Part shown: positions 1 through 13,622 of the stretch, in pieces
Numbering within the stretch: position 1 is the stretch's first letter
Layout of the letters: every line of letters starts with the position of its first letter
Assembly (NCBI RefSeq): GCF_037042905.1
Contig: NC_087252.1
Coordinates: 16,122,001-16,186,000, forward strand
DNA: 64,000 bases
Direction of reading: 5' to 3'
From: Lytechinus pictus
Taxonomy: Eukaryota
Made by a program: the position numbers and the translations under genes
Notes under the pieces: generated by a model
Seen by the model: the letters and a program-made list of their open reading frames with translations, nothing else
Database searches by the model: none
Told to the model about the DNA's origin: nothing

Positions 1-1660
1 CCTGTCTTTCTTTCAAGTGTGTCTCTCACTCTCACAAATTTTTCTCATGATATAGCCCTCTCTCTGTGGATACACAATCATATATACACACACATAGGCA
101 TATTAAAGATACACTCACAAACACACCCCACGCATGCATTCGCAAGGTTGTATAAATTTTCATATTCATACGTCATGTATACACAAACCCAGGCACACAC
201 TGGCACCCCCCACACACCCTTCCCTCAATCCTTTTCCCACTTTTCACAATGCACTGTAAGAATAATCAAATTCACATCATAATTTTTTCAGCTGTATGAA
301 ACAGGTTTATTACAAAAGCATGCATCATCCTTAATATATAAAACTCTCTTTACAACACGAAAATTCCCACCCAAGAAAATATGAAATGAGCAATGAGCCA
401 GGTTCGTAATATAAGAGATGGAATAATTCTAACAAAATTGGCTTTACATGAACAACATTTAATTTGTGTTATGACTTCTGTGACTGGTAAAATCTGAAAA
501 ATTAGTTTACCTCCCCTCCAATAAAATGAAAAATATTTCAATTTATAACACACAATTGAACCAGTAACTCCAATCCAATTATTTACTTTCTTATTTATTC
601 TATTTTTTTAATTTTTATTTATATATTTTTATTATGATTACTTTTTTCTTTTGAGGGGGGGGGGGGGGGATACAAAAATCAAGTTATAGTTCCTGTGGTG
701 TAAATAATACATTATAAATTGTAATACTGTACCGAGATAATACTAAAAATAAATAGTCTGGACTAAAAAACCATCCACCCAACAATACTGTAGTAATTGC
801 TCCTATCAATATCTACCTTCATTTTGGCTCCAGTTTTGAGTTGGTACACACTACCAAATCAACTTCCAAATAGCCAAGTTAAACCATAGTGAAGGGCTTT
901 GAGCAGTAGTACATTGATAAAGTGCTATATAAATGCAAATTATTATTATTATTGTTATTATTATTATGATTGACCCAAGTAAGACTGGAGGAGGGTTAGG
1001 GTTAGAAATTTTGGGGCCTTATGTAGTTCATTAGAGCAAACTTTTGATTTTAAGCACAAAGTAGCATAATCAATTAGTAATGAGATTTTTTTTCATATGA
1101 TCTTCATTTTTGTAGATTATGCCACAGGCAACACGCATCACATCGCGTGGTGGATGGCCGAGAACACAAGCGGGTGAGCTGAATGAGCACCCCAATCTTC
1201 TTGGGTATCAAAATAGCTGTCATTTTAGAGTGGACACTACAGGACATGTTTTAAACAAGAACATGGAAATCTTAGACAGAGAAATCAGGTGGATTGGGAA
1301 TCCGGGAGGTAGTTTACGGTTTCAGCTATCAAACGTCTGGGGCGGAATTCTACAAAAAGTTCAGAACACTCCCAGGGAACCAAGCAAGTTGAAGCAACGC
1401 TACAGTTCACTGATTTTTTTTTACGAAGTCACTTTTGGTTAGTGGGACATTGCAACCACAGAAGATTGTGAGTTTCTAGTAATTGGCAAATCGTCATTTT
1501 TCCGGTACAAAATTCATAACTGACAATGTGTTCTACATAATGGTCTCTTTTAGGAAAATCTCACAATGAGAAAAAATCTAGGGATTTTCTCCTGTGTGCG
1601 TGTCCTTAAATGACGTGTAGGACAGCTTTGTTTACAAATTCCATTTTCACAATGAGAGCA
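1..1660. repeat. Segmental duplication: 3' region of locus A, paralogous to 44928-46590
   Basis: Colinear high similarity by eye; cctgtctttctttcaagtgtgtctctc at both 1 and 44928, same terminal degenerate finger. Confidence 0.95.
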
Positions 1661-4600
1661 ATGATAAGGTTTTTCTCCAGTGTGTGTTCTGATATGACGG
1701 GTGAGCTGACTCTTTGTAGGAAATCTCATCTCACAATGAGAGCAGATATAGGGTTTTTCTCCTGTGTGTGTTCTAATATGATTTGTAAGATTTGCCTTGG
1801 TAGAATATCTCTTCTCACAATGAGAGCAAATATAGGGTTTTTCTCCTGTGTGTGTTCTAACATGATTTTTAAGAATGGCTTTGGTTAAAAATCTCTTCTC
1901 ACAATGAGAGCAAATATAGAGTTTTTCTCCTATGTGTGTTCTAATATGATTTGTAAGATTGGCCTTGGTAGAAAATCTCTTCTCACAATGAGAGCAATGA
2001 TATGGTTTTGATCCAGTGTGTGTTCTTATATGACGGGAAAGATGACTTTTGGTAGAAAATCCCTTCTCACAATAAGAGCAAATATAGGGTTTTTCTCCTG
2101 TGTGTGTTTTAACATGATTTTTAAGAATGGACTTGTCAGAAAATCCCTTGTAACAATGAGAGCAAATATAGGGTTTTTCTCCAGTATGTGTTCTAATATG
2201 ATTTGTAAGAACGACATTATCAGAAAATCTCTTCTCACAATAAGAGCAACGATAAGGTTTTTCTCCTGTGTGTGTTCTTATATGACGGGTAAGATCGCCC
2301 TTTTGAGAAAATCTCTTCTCACAATGAGTGCAAATATATGGTTTTTCTCCTGTATGTGTTCTAATATGATATGTAAGATTGACCTTGTTAGAAAATCTCT
2401 TGTCACAATGAGAGCAATGATAAGGTTTTTCTCCTGTGTGTATTCTTATATGACGGGTAAGATCAATCTTTTTAGCAAATCTCTTCTCACAATGAGTGCA
2501 AATATATGGTTTTTCTCCTGTATGTGTTCTAATATGATATGTAAGATTGACCTTGTTAGAAAATCTCTTGTCACAATGAGAGCAATGATAAGGTTTTTCT
2601 CCAGTGTGTGTTCTTATATGACGGGTAAGCTGACTTTTTGTAGGAAATCTCATCTCACAATGAGAGCAAATATAGGGTTTTTCTCCTGTATGTGTCCTAA
2701 TATGATATGTAAGACTGACTTTGTTAGAAAATCTCTTGTCACAATGTGAGCAACGATAAGGTTTTCCTCCTGTGTGTGTTCTTATATGACAGGTAAGATT
2801 GCCCTTTTTAGCAAACCTCTTCTCACAATGAGTGCAAATATATGGTTTTTCTCCTGTATGCGTTCTAATATGATATGTAAGATTGACCTTGTTAGAAAAT
2901 CTCTTGTCACAATGAGAGCAATGATAAGGTTTTTCTCCTGTGTGTATTCTTATATGACGGGTAAGATCAATCTTTTTAGCAAATCTCTTCTCACAATGAG
3001 TGCAAATATATGGTTTTTCTCCTGTATGTGTTCTAATATGATATGTAAGATTGACCTTGTTAGAAAATCTCTTGTCACAATGAGAGCAAATATAGGGTTA
3101 TTCTCCTTTATGTGTTCTTATAATATGACAGGTAAGATTGCCCTTTTTAGCAAACCTCTTCTCACAATGAGCGCAAATATAGGGTTTTTCTCCTGTGTGT
3201 GTTCGTATATGATAGGTAAGATTAATCATTTTAGCAAATCTCTTCTCACAATTAGGGCAAATATACGGTTTTTCCCCTGTGTGTGTTCGTATATGATAGG
3301 TAAGATTAATCTTTTTAGCAAATCTCTTCTCACAATGAGAGCAAATATAGGGTTTTTCTCCTGTGTGTGTTCTAATATGATTTGTAAGATTTGCCTTGGT
3401 AGAATATCTCTTCTCACAATGAGAGCAAATATAGGGTTTTTCTCCTGTGTGTGTTCTAACATGATTTTTAAGAATGGCTTTGGTTAAAAATCTCTTCTCA
3501 CAATGAGAGCAAATATAGAGTTTTTCTCCTATGTGTGTTCTAATATGATTTGTAAGATTGGCCTTGGTAGAAAATCTCTTCTCACAATGAGAGCAATGAT
3601 ATGGTTTTGATCCAGTGTGTGTTCTTATATGACGGGAAAGATGACTTTTGGTAGAAAATCCCTTCTCACAATAAGAGCAAATATAGGGTTTTTCTCCTGT
3701 GTGTGTTTTAACATGATTTTTAAGAATGGACTTGTCAGAAAATCCCTTGTAACAATGAGAGCAAATATAGGGGTTTTCTCCAGTATGTGTTCTAATATGA
3801 TTTGTAAGAACGACATTATCAGAAAATCTCTTCTCACAATAAGAGCAACGATAAGGTTTTTCTCCTGTGTGTGTTCTTATATGACGGGTAAGATCGCCCT
3901 TTTGAGAAAATCTCTTCTCACAATGAGTGCAAATATATGGTTTTTCTCCTGTATGTGTTCTAATATGATATGTAAGATTGACCTTGTTAGAAAATCTCTT
4001 GTCACAATGAGAGCAATGATAAGGTTTTTCTCCTGTGTGTATTCTTATATGACGGGTAAGATCAATCTTTTTAGCAAATCTCTTCTCACAATGAGTGCAA
4101 ATATATGGTTTTTCTCCTGTATGTGTTCTAATATGATACGTAAGATTGACCTTGTTAGAAAATCTCTTGTCACAATGAGAGCAATGATAAGGTTTTTCTC
4201 CAGTGTGTGTTCTTATATGACGGGTAAGCTGACTTTTTGTAGGAAATCTCATCTCACAATGAGAACAAATATAGGGTTTTTCTCCTGTATGTGTCCTAAT
4301 ATGATATGTAAGACTGACTTTGTTAGAAAATCTCTTGTCACAATGTGAGCAACGATAAGGTTTTTCTCCAGTGTGTGTTCTTATATGACGGGTAAGATCG
4401 CCCTTTTGAGAAAATCTCTTCTCACAATGAGTGCAAATATATGGTTTTTCTCCTGTATGTGTTCTAATATGATATGTAAGATTGACCTTGTTAGAAAATC
4501 TCTTGTCACAATGAGAGCAATGATAAGGTTTTTCTCCTGTGTGTATTCTTATATGACGGGTAAGATCAATCTTTTTAGCAAATCTCTTCTCACAATGAGT

Positions 4601-7600
4601 GCAAATATATGGTTTTTCTCCTGTATGTGTTCTAATATGATACGTAAGATTGACCTTGTTAGAAAATCTCTTGTCACAATGAGAGCAATGATAAGGTTTT
4701 TCTCCTGTGTGTATTCTTATATGACGGGTAAGATCAATCTTTTTAGCAAATCTCTTCTCACAATGAGTGCAAATATATGGGTTTTCTCCTGTATGTGTTC
4801 TAATATATGTAAGATTGACCTTGTTAGAAAATCTCTTGTCACAATGAGAGCAATGATAAGGTTTTTCTCCAGTGTGTGTTCTTATATGACGGGTAAGCTG
4901 ACTTTTTGTAGGAAATCTCATCTCACAATGAGAGCAAATATAGGGTTTTTCTCCTGTATGTGTCCTAATATGATATGTAAGACTGACTTTGTTAGAAAAT
5001 CTCTTGTCACAATGTGAGCAACGATAAGGTTTTCCTCCTGTGTGTGTTCTTATATGACAGGTAAGATTGCCCTTTTTAGCAAACCTCTTCTCACAATGAG
5101 TGCAAATATATGGGTTTTCTCCTGTATGTGTTCTAATATGATATGTAAGATTGACCTTGTTAGAAAATCTCTTGTCACAATGAGAGCAATGATAAGGTTT
5201 TTCTCCTGTGTGTATTCTTATATGACGGGTAAGATCAATCTTTTTAGCAAATCTCTTCTCACAATGAGTGCAAATATATGGTTTTTCTCCTGTATGTGTT
5301 CTAATATGATATGTAAGATTGACCTTGTTAGAAAATCTCTTGTCACAATGAGAGCAAATATAGGGTTATTCTCCTTTATGTGTTCTTATAATATGACAGG
5401 TAAGATTGCCCTTTTTAGCAAACCTCTTCTCACAATGAGCGCAAATATAGGGTTTTTCTCCTGTGTGTGTTCGTATATGATAGGTAAGATTAATCATTTT
5501 AGCAAATCTCTTCTCACAATGAGGGCAAATATACGGTTTTTCCCCTGTGTGTGTTCGTATATGATAGGTAAGATTAATCTTTTTAGCAAATCTCTTCTCA
5601 CAATGAGAGCAAATATAGGGTTTTTCTCCTGTGTGTGTTCTAATATGATTTGTAAGATTTGCCTTGGTAGAATATCTCTTCTCACAATGAGAGCAAATAT
5701 AGGGTTTTTCTCCTGTGTGTGTTCTAACATGATTTGTAAGATTTGCCTTGGTAGAATATCTCTTCTCACAATGAGAGCAAATATAGGGTTTTTCTCCTGT
5801 GTGTGTTCTAATATGATTTGTAAGATTTGCCTTGGTAGAATATCTCTTCTCACAATGAGAGCAAATATAGGGTTTTTCTCCTGTGTGTGTTCTAATATGA
5901 TTTGTAAGATTTGCCTTGGTAGAATATCTCTTCTCACAATGAGAGCAAATATAGGGTTTTTCTCCTGTGTGTGTTCTAACATAATTTTTAAGAATGGCTT
6001 TGGTTAAAAATCTCTTCTCACAATGAGAGCAAATATAGAGTTTTTCTCCTATGTGTGTTCTAATATGATTTGTAAGATTGGCCTTGGTAGAAAATCTCTT
6101 CTCACAATGAGAGCAATGATATGGTTTTGATCCAGTGTGTGTTCTTATATGACGGGAAAGATGACTTTTGGTAGAAAATCCCTTCTCACAATAAGAGCAA
6201 ATATAGGGTTTTTCTCCTGTGTGTGTTCTAACATGATTTTTAAGAATGGACTTGTCAGAAAATCCCTTCTAACAATGAGAGCAAATATAGGGTTTTTCTC
6301 CAGTATGTGTTCTAATATGATTTGTAAGATTAATCTTTTTAGCAAATCTCTTCTCACAATGAGAGCAAATATAGGGTTTTTCTCCTGTGTGTGTTCTAAT
6401 ATGATTTGTAAGATTTGCCTTGGTAGAATATCTCTTCTCACAATAAGAGCAAATATAGGGTTTTTCTCCTGTGTGTGTTCTAACATGATTTTTAAGAATG
6501 GCTTTGGTTAAAAATCTCTTCTCACAATGAGAGCAAATATAGAGTTTTTCTCCTATGTGTGTTCTAATATGATTTGTAAGATTGGCCTTGGTAGAAAATC
6601 TCTTCTCACAATGAGAGCAATGATATGGTTTTGATCCAGTGTGTGTTCTTATATGACAGGTAAGATTGCCCTTTTTAGCAAACCTCTTCTCACAATGAGC
6701 GGAAATATAGGGTTTTTCTCCTGTGTGTGTTCGTATATGATAGGTAAGATTAATCATTTTAGCAAATCTCTTCTCACAATGAGGGCAAATATACGGTTTT
6801 TCCCCTGTGTGTGTTCGTATATGATAGGTAAGATTAATCTTTTTAGCAAATCTCTTCTCACAATGAGAGCAAATATAGGGTTTTTCTCCTGTGTGTGTTC
6901 TAATATGATTTGTAAGATTTGCCTTGGTAGAATATCTCTTCTCACAATGAGAGCAAATATAGGGTTTTTCTCCTGTGTGTGTTCTAACATAATTTTTAAG
7001 AATGGCTTTGGTTAAAAATCTCTTCTCACAATGAGAGCAAATATAGAGTTTTTCTCCTATGTGTGTTCTAATATGATTTGTAAGATTGGCCTTGGTAGAA
7101 AATCTCTTCTCACAATGAGAGCAATGATATGGTTTTGATCCAGTGTGTGTTCTTATATGACGGGAAAGATGACTTTTGGTAGAAAATCCCTTCTCACAAT
7201 AAGAGCAAATATAGGGTTTTTCTCCTGTGTGTGTTTTAACATGATTTTTAAGAATGGACTTGTCAGAAAATCCCTTCTAACAATGAGAGCAAATATAGGG
7301 TTTTTCTCCAGTATGTGTTCTAATATGATTTGTAAGAACGACATTATCAGAAAATCTCTTCTCACAATAAGAGCAACGATAAGGTTTTTCTCCTGTGTGT
7401 GTTCTTATATGACGGGTAAGATCGCCCTTTTGAGAAAATCTCTTCTCACAATGAGTGCAAATATATGGTTTTTCTCCTGTATGTGTTCTAATATGATATG
7501 TAAGATTGACCTTGTTAGAAAATCTCTTGTCACAATGAGAGCAATGATAAGGTTTTTCTCCTGTGTGTATTCTTATATGACGGGTAAGATCAATCTTTTT

Positions 7601-8822
7601 AGCAAATCTCTTCTCACAATGAGTGCAAATATATGGTTTTTATCCTGTATGTGTTCTAATATGATATGTAAGATTGACCTTGTTAGAAAATCTCTTGTCA
7701 CAATGAGAGCAATGATAAGGTTTTTCTCCAGTGTGTGTTCTTATATGACGGGTAAGCTGACTTTTTGTAGGAAATCTCATCTCACAATGAGAGCAAATAT
7801 AGGGTTTTTCTCCTGTATGTGTCCTAATATGATATGTAAGACTGACTTTGTTAGAAAATCTCTTGTCACAATGTGAGCAACGATAAGGTTTTCCTCCTGT
7901 GTGTGTTCTTATATGACAGGTAAGATTGCCCTTTTTAGCAAACCTCTTCTCACAATGAGGGCAAATATAGGGTTTTTCTCCTGTGTGTGTTCTGATATGA
8001 TTTGTAAGAACGGCCTTGTCAGTATATCTCTTCTCAAAATGAGAGCAATGATAAGGTTTTTCTCCTGTGTGTGCTCTTAAATGATGGGTAAGATCGATCT
8101 TTTGAGAAAATTCCTTCCCACAATGAGAGCAAATATAGGGTTTTTCTCCAGTGTGTGTTCTGATATGACTTGTAAGAATGGCCTTGGTAGAAAATCTCTT
8201 CTCACAATGAGAGCAATGATAAGGTTTTTCTCCTGTGTGTATTCTTATATGACGGGTAAGATCAATTCTTTTAGCAAATCTCTTCTCACAAAGAGAGCAA
8301 ATATAGGGTTTTGATCCTGTTTGTGTTCTTATATGATATGTAAGATTGACCTTTTTAGAAAATCTCTTGTCACAATGAGAGCACTGATAAGGTTTTTCTC
8401 CTGTGTGTATTCTTATATGACGGGTAAGATCGCTCTTTTGAGAAAATCCCTTCTCACAATGAGAGCAAATATAGGGTTTTGATCCAGTATGTGTTCTAAT
8501 ATGATGGGTAAGATCACTCTTTTGAGAACATCCCTTGTCACAATGAGAACTATAAGATTTTTCTCCAGTGTGTGTGCTCATATGGGTCATAAGAGTATCC
8601 TTACATTCAAAATTCTCATGACAATGGGGGCACTTGAAGCATCTGTCTCCAAACTCTGTCCATGTATGACTAGCAAACTCAACTTCCCTAGAGTGTGTTT
8701 ATGATGTTGAACTAAAGAATTCTCATCCATTAATGTCTTATTGCATTGTAAACACTGATGGGATTCATTTTCACTGCATTTTTTCATTGATGATTGTCTT
8801 ACCTCCTCTCCATCCTCAAGCT
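1550..8822 (-). pseudogene. Locus A terminal exon: giant C2H2 zinc-finger array (about 82 fingers), disrupted by one frameshift and five in-frame stops
   Basis: 84-bp periodic CxxC-x12-HxxxH-TGEKP units (ORFs 1550-2653, 3098-4921, 6269-6757, 7640-8590). Acceptor ttcttctttcag| at 8823/8822. 1-bp deletion at about 8699 relative to paralog B. Stops at 7640, 7277, 6269, 5366 and 3098. Confidence 0.85.
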
Positions 8823-9509
8823 CTGAAAGAAGAATAAAACGTTTTTTATGATCATATGAATATTAATAGCAAAGTAAACAAAAAAGCTCTCATCTAAAAA
8901 TAAAAAAAGAAAATTCCTTTAATTTGTTGGTGTTATCATTTCAATACATTATATATTCTGATAGATTATGGCAGTGTCTCCAAGAAAGACCTCATAATCG
9001 AAAATGTATCTTGAAACTTTACTTCCGATAAATACGACACATACAAAAATAACAGGATGTTAAACTAGATTATCAAATACATGAAATCAAAATACAATGA
9101 CAGATAATGAATAAAGTGTGGTGCCTACATCCCCCAACCCCCCTCTCCCACACTGGAATGGTATCTATGTTTATTAGCAGCCATCCATTGCCACAAAACA
9201 CCATGGATAGAGTTTCCTTTAAAATCATCATCATCGTTGTCAAAAGAAGTAGGTGATCGTGTACTGCTTCTGATCATTTCTTTTTAAACAACTATTACAT
9301 GTGTGGAGGGTGGACATTTATGGAAGAATTTGGTGTATGGAGGAAAGTGTTCAGTCTGGTTTGAAAGAGTTTAAAGTGGATGCCGAGATTACAGAAGAAG
9401 AAAGACTGTTCCAGGAGCGATGAGTTGTTTCGATATTTGTACAGCTTCATGTGATGACCTCGTGTGCTACTTTGGACTAAAGTCAGTACAGGTGTAAAGA
9501 AGAGATCAG

Positions 9510-9784
9510 GGGGCCATCTTACAAAGACTTACGATTGATCAAATCAATCGCAACTCTATGGAAATCCCTCAGTGACATAATTTTTTTCTACAGGGAATGT
9601 GCAAAATGTCCTTTGTAAACAAAGGAGAACACACCGAACTGTCAAGAAATCAATGAATTTATGGATATATATTGATATCTAGAAAAAGATTTGCGCAACA
9701 AACATGCATTTTATATGTTGACTTTGCTGGCTTTCCATTGTTGCGATCGATTGGATCAATCGCAAGTCTTTGTAAGACGGGCCC
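9510..9784. mobile_element. PIF/Harbinger-like MITE
   Basis: TIR ggggccatcttacaaagact / agtctttgtaagacgggccc; 3-bp CAG flanks. Confidence 0.75.
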
Positions 9785-9786
9785 CA

Positions 9787-9941
9787 GGTGGGTATTTCAT
9801 AAAGCTGTTTGTAAGATGAGAACAACTGGTGATCCTTTCCTTTGGTAAATGGTATACACCATAGGCGATGGTTTAGAAAGGATCATCAGTCGTTCTTTTA
9901 AGTCGCTCTTAACCTATGAACAGCTTTATGAAACGGCCCCC
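9787..9941. mobile_element. PIF/Harbinger-like MITE (family also at 60434-61750)
   Basis: TIR tttcataaagctgtt / aacagctttatgaaa. Confidence 0.7.
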
Positions 9942-11285
9942 TGGATCAAAGACCACCAGACCATTCGTATATTTAGAAACTTCAATCATATCACCTCTGA
10001 TTCTTCTGTAATATAGAGAGAAGATGTTGAGCTTCTTCAGTCTTGTTTTGTAAGTTAGATGCTTCAATTCAGGCACTAGCTTAGTGGCTCTTCTCTATCT
10101 TGATGGCATCTAATTTCAATCCTGGATACCATATAATATTGCAATATTCAAGTAGAGGACGAAATAGTGTCTTAAACAGGACAGGTAACATTTCTCTAGA
10201 TAGGCACGTAAATGTTCTCTTTATGAGTCCCAGCATCTGGTTAGCTCAAACAACTGCAATCTACAAGTACTCCTCTCAGCCTTGGTCTCTTCAAGTATCT
10301 GGTTGTCACTGTAGATGTAGAGATATTGTTGTTGCGATCCATATGCATTACTTTAAATTTAGACAGATTGTGAAGTTATCGAGCCAGGAGTCTGCCCATT
10401 TTGTGGCTTCATGCAGATCTTCTTGTAATGATAGATGTTGGCTATTTGAAGATACCTCTCCATAAATCTTGGTATCATCAGCATAGATCTGGATATCATT
10501 GACAAGTCGGTTCCGAAGATCGTTGACATAAAGAATGAAAAGCTGGGGCCCAATGATGCTACCTTGTGCCACTCCATAGACTACGCGAGACCAGTCCGAA
10601 TACACTCCTCTTAGGGCGACTCTCTGCATTCTTTTTACAAAGGCATAAATCCATTTCAAGACATGACTTTCAATTCCATATGCTTTCAGTTTCATGAGTA
10701 GGCGTTGATGAACTGTATCAAAAGCTATTCTAACACATCAATCTGTCTTCCATGGTCAAGGAGATTAATTAGTTCATATTTCCATTTGAACCATCAGTTG
10801 AAGGCAACAGGGTCTGCGTGGAGTAAAACCATGCTGTGCATTGTGAAGGAGACTGATATTCTTGACATGATCCATTATCTCTTCTTTTACAAGAGATTCC
10901 ATTACCTTGCCGACCGTAGAAGTTAGACATATAGGTCTATCGGTTGTTGCTATTTGTCAGCTGCCCTTTTTGTGAATAGGCACAATGTTGATTTTCTTCT
11001 AGTCTAAAGGCAAATATACCCTTCTCCCATGGAAAGGTTGAATATGGATGTAAGAGGGTAACTGATTGCTTGAGCCAACTCTTTCAATACTCGAGGATGG
11101 ATACCTTCCGGTCTAGAAGACTTATTTGGATTGAGAGAAAGAAATTGTTTTTCCACTTTCTCTTGTGTAAAGTTGATAGAGCCCAAAGTAGATCCCTCAT
11201 GACTCCACTCAACAGCACGCATTTGGGACTTGCGATCGATTTTTTGACTTGTGTTTAAACGCAACTCTTTCTGCAACGGACCCCT

Positions 11286-11443
11286 GGGCTCCGTAACACA
11301 AAGGTTTGCGATGGATTGCAAATATGAAAGAACCGCACTGATTGGTCCCTGGTCAGTATTTTAAACCCAATGCGCATGTAACATTGATCTTGATTGGTCA
11401 GTTCATTTAGCGATTGATCGCTAATCTTTGTGTTACGGAGTCT
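11286..11443. mobile_element. Short TIR MITE inside the LINE
   Basis: ctccgtaacacaaag ... ctttgtgttacggag inverted termini. Confidence 0.7.
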
Positions 11444-11948
11444 AGATCTGCGAGGAGATCATCCCAGTCAATCTTGGACATATTTAGCTCTCATTTGATC
11501 ATAGTTCTCTTTGTTAAAAAGCAGAGACTTAGAGGATAGTAGCTTTCTTTCACCAATGTCAATATCCACATTGAAGTGTAAGGTGCAATGATTTTTACGA
11601 GAGGAGGTCCGCACACAATATCAGATATTAGTTCAGCTTTGTTTGATATAACAAGGTCCATGATGTTGCTATTTTGGGCAAACCTATTCTAGTTGGCACG
11701 TCAATTAACTGTGTCAAAACAAATCCTGCAAACATTCAGCAACTTTGGAGGCTGCTGGGTTACATTGGTTTCTAGTCGAACTCATAATTTCAGGATAGTT
11801 GAAATCTCCAGCTATTGCTAAAATATTACATGAATTGAGAACCGAGATGTAAATTCCAATTTTTCAAACACACCAATTAGTCAGCGGGGCGTCAGTGCAA
11901 ACTAGCCCTGCAGTGCAGGCAGAGATCGAGATGGTGATTGGTACAGTG

Positions 11949-12252
11949 CAGTGGTGTACCTAAGATTTTCCACAGGGGGGGGGGGGGAGGTTGGCAAAAC
12001 CGTCCGCCAAAAAATTTGACAAGCAAAAAAAAAAAGGTCTTCAATCACAAATAAAGGATTCGCAACAGAAAAAAAAATGACAAGCAAAAAAAAAAGGGTC
12101 TTTAAACTCGTTAGGGGGGCAATAAAGGTCTTCAAGCTCGTCAGGGGGGTAAAAAAGGTCTTTCAAGCTCGTCAGGGGGGCAGGGATACATCCTTTGCAT
12201 GGATTGTGGCTTGACAGGGGGGCAGACTGCCCCCCCCATAGGTATGCTAGTG
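11949..12252. mobile_element. hAT-like MITE
   Basis: CAGTGG start; exact 8-bp TSD gtacagtg at 11941-11948 and 12253-12260. Confidence 0.8.
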
Positions 12253-12635
12253 GTACAGTGTGAAGGCTGACTTGCGAGTTGTAATGTGTGCATAAATTGA
12301 AATGGTGTGATATTTGAAGATCTGAAGTCAGTGATTAAAATCAAGGAAATCGCAGTAATCCAAACCAAAATTCCAACTTAAACAAGGTTATGATCATAAC
12401 AACAACAAACATCGCCTGTTTGGTCCTGATATTTGTACAAAAAATTGATATTTAGGCCGAAATTTGAGAATATTATCAGAGCATAAGAAAAATATGTCCA
12501 CCCTCCATGCACGCACGCTTAAGTCTCAAAAGTATGTTCCCATATTGTGATACAACAGTTGATGATAAATCATAACAAATACTTTATATCATTGAGCCCA
12601 AATTTCTATAAATCAGATGATACAGTGTATCTTAC

Positions 12636-12716
12636 CTCGTGTGGACCATTGTTCTTGATCTGTATCAGGGTTGTTCATGTCTTCATCTACTTCACGTTTT
12701 AACATGAAGGTTTGAC
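12636..12716 (-). CDS. Locus A 81-bp phase-1 cassette exon (GQTFMLKREVDEDMNNPDTDQEQWSTR)
   Basis: ctag| acceptor and |gtaag donor; homologous to the other 81-bp exons; phase matches the zinc-finger exon acceptor. Confidence 0.75.
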
Positions 12717-12839
12717 CTAGTATGAACACAGATAAATTGTAAGTATATAATTAGATTGATGGATAACAGTCAGCCACACTGAAAGCTTTAGACATCAATC
12801 AAACTTGTTCTAGAACATACATGAACCAGTTTATCTTAC

Positions 12840-12920
12840 CTTGTGTGGTACATTGGTCTTGAGCTGTATCAGGGTTGGTCATGTCTTCATCTACTTCACG
12901 TTTGATGGTAATGGTTTGAC
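12840..12920 (-). CDS. Locus A 81-bp cassette exon (GQTITIKREVDEDMTNPDTAQDQCTTQ)
   Basis: AG/GT splice sites, 81 bp, open frame, near-identical to 52231-52311. Confidence 0.75.
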
Positions 12921-13622
12921 CTAGTATAAAAAGATAAATTTTAAACAAATTATTAAGTAATAACGATCAACAATGCTTAAGTCTATTCTAACTGGGCTAC
13001 TGCAGACCAGGATATACTTGGGAGAGGGGGATAGTCAATTTGAGGACTGTATGAAAAGTACAATTTAAAAAAAAAATAGTTGTTTATATTTCTTTACTAA
13101 CAAGATTTGATTTTTTTGTATGATTTTTGCCTTTAACTCTCTTCATAGATCTAGTAAATGCTAATTTTGGGGAGAGTATCAATTATTACATTTTTAACAA
13201 ATATCTACTGAAAATTGTCATAATATCAATAAAGGAAAATGGTTTTTTTTTTTCAAATTGTTTATATGAATTTGTTTTTTCCCAATGAAATTTGTCAGGG
13301 TCCTTTTGAAGAAGAAAAGGGCCAAAGAAGAAATAAGGGAAAGAGGGGAGGGGAAAAGAACAAAAAGTAAAAAGAATCATACATTTATGATTTTTGGATG
13401 AAAAACACAATATGTATTGACTTTATGTACAAAGAATCACATTTTGGAGCAATTTTAAGTCTGACATGCACTTACTAAATGTTACATTATTTCGGAACCA
13501 TGTACCCGGGGTTTCAAATTTGGTCTCTAAAGATGTGCAGGACTTAAAGGTCAAAGTAAGTCAGCAAGTGGCGCAGTCAAAAAATTTTGCGCAACGGCTT
13601 GTGACGAAATTTGTTGGGTTAA

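Larger units (their letters stand above)
9340..11860 (-). mobile_element. Degenerate CR1-clade LINE (endonuclease and RT remnants) interrupted by MITEs
   Basis: ORF 10348-10695 has GVAQGSIIGPQLFILYVND...YADDTK; ORF 11004-11321 has LNPNKSSRPEGIHPRVLKEL; AGDFNYP motif near 11800. Confidence 0.9.

Noticed and set aside
1119..1442. ORF conserved between paralogs (also 46111-46356)
   Set aside because: Similarity is explained by the segmental duplication; start and stop are not conserved
2026..7365. Alternative-frame minus-strand ORFs ([18 protein letters not shown])
   Set aside because: Shifted-frame shadows of the finger repeat
1610..8704. Long plus-strand ORFs (MCSYMTGK... repeats), and similar ones at 46702-49624
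   Set aside because: Antisense shadows of C2H2 codon usage; no independent gene signals
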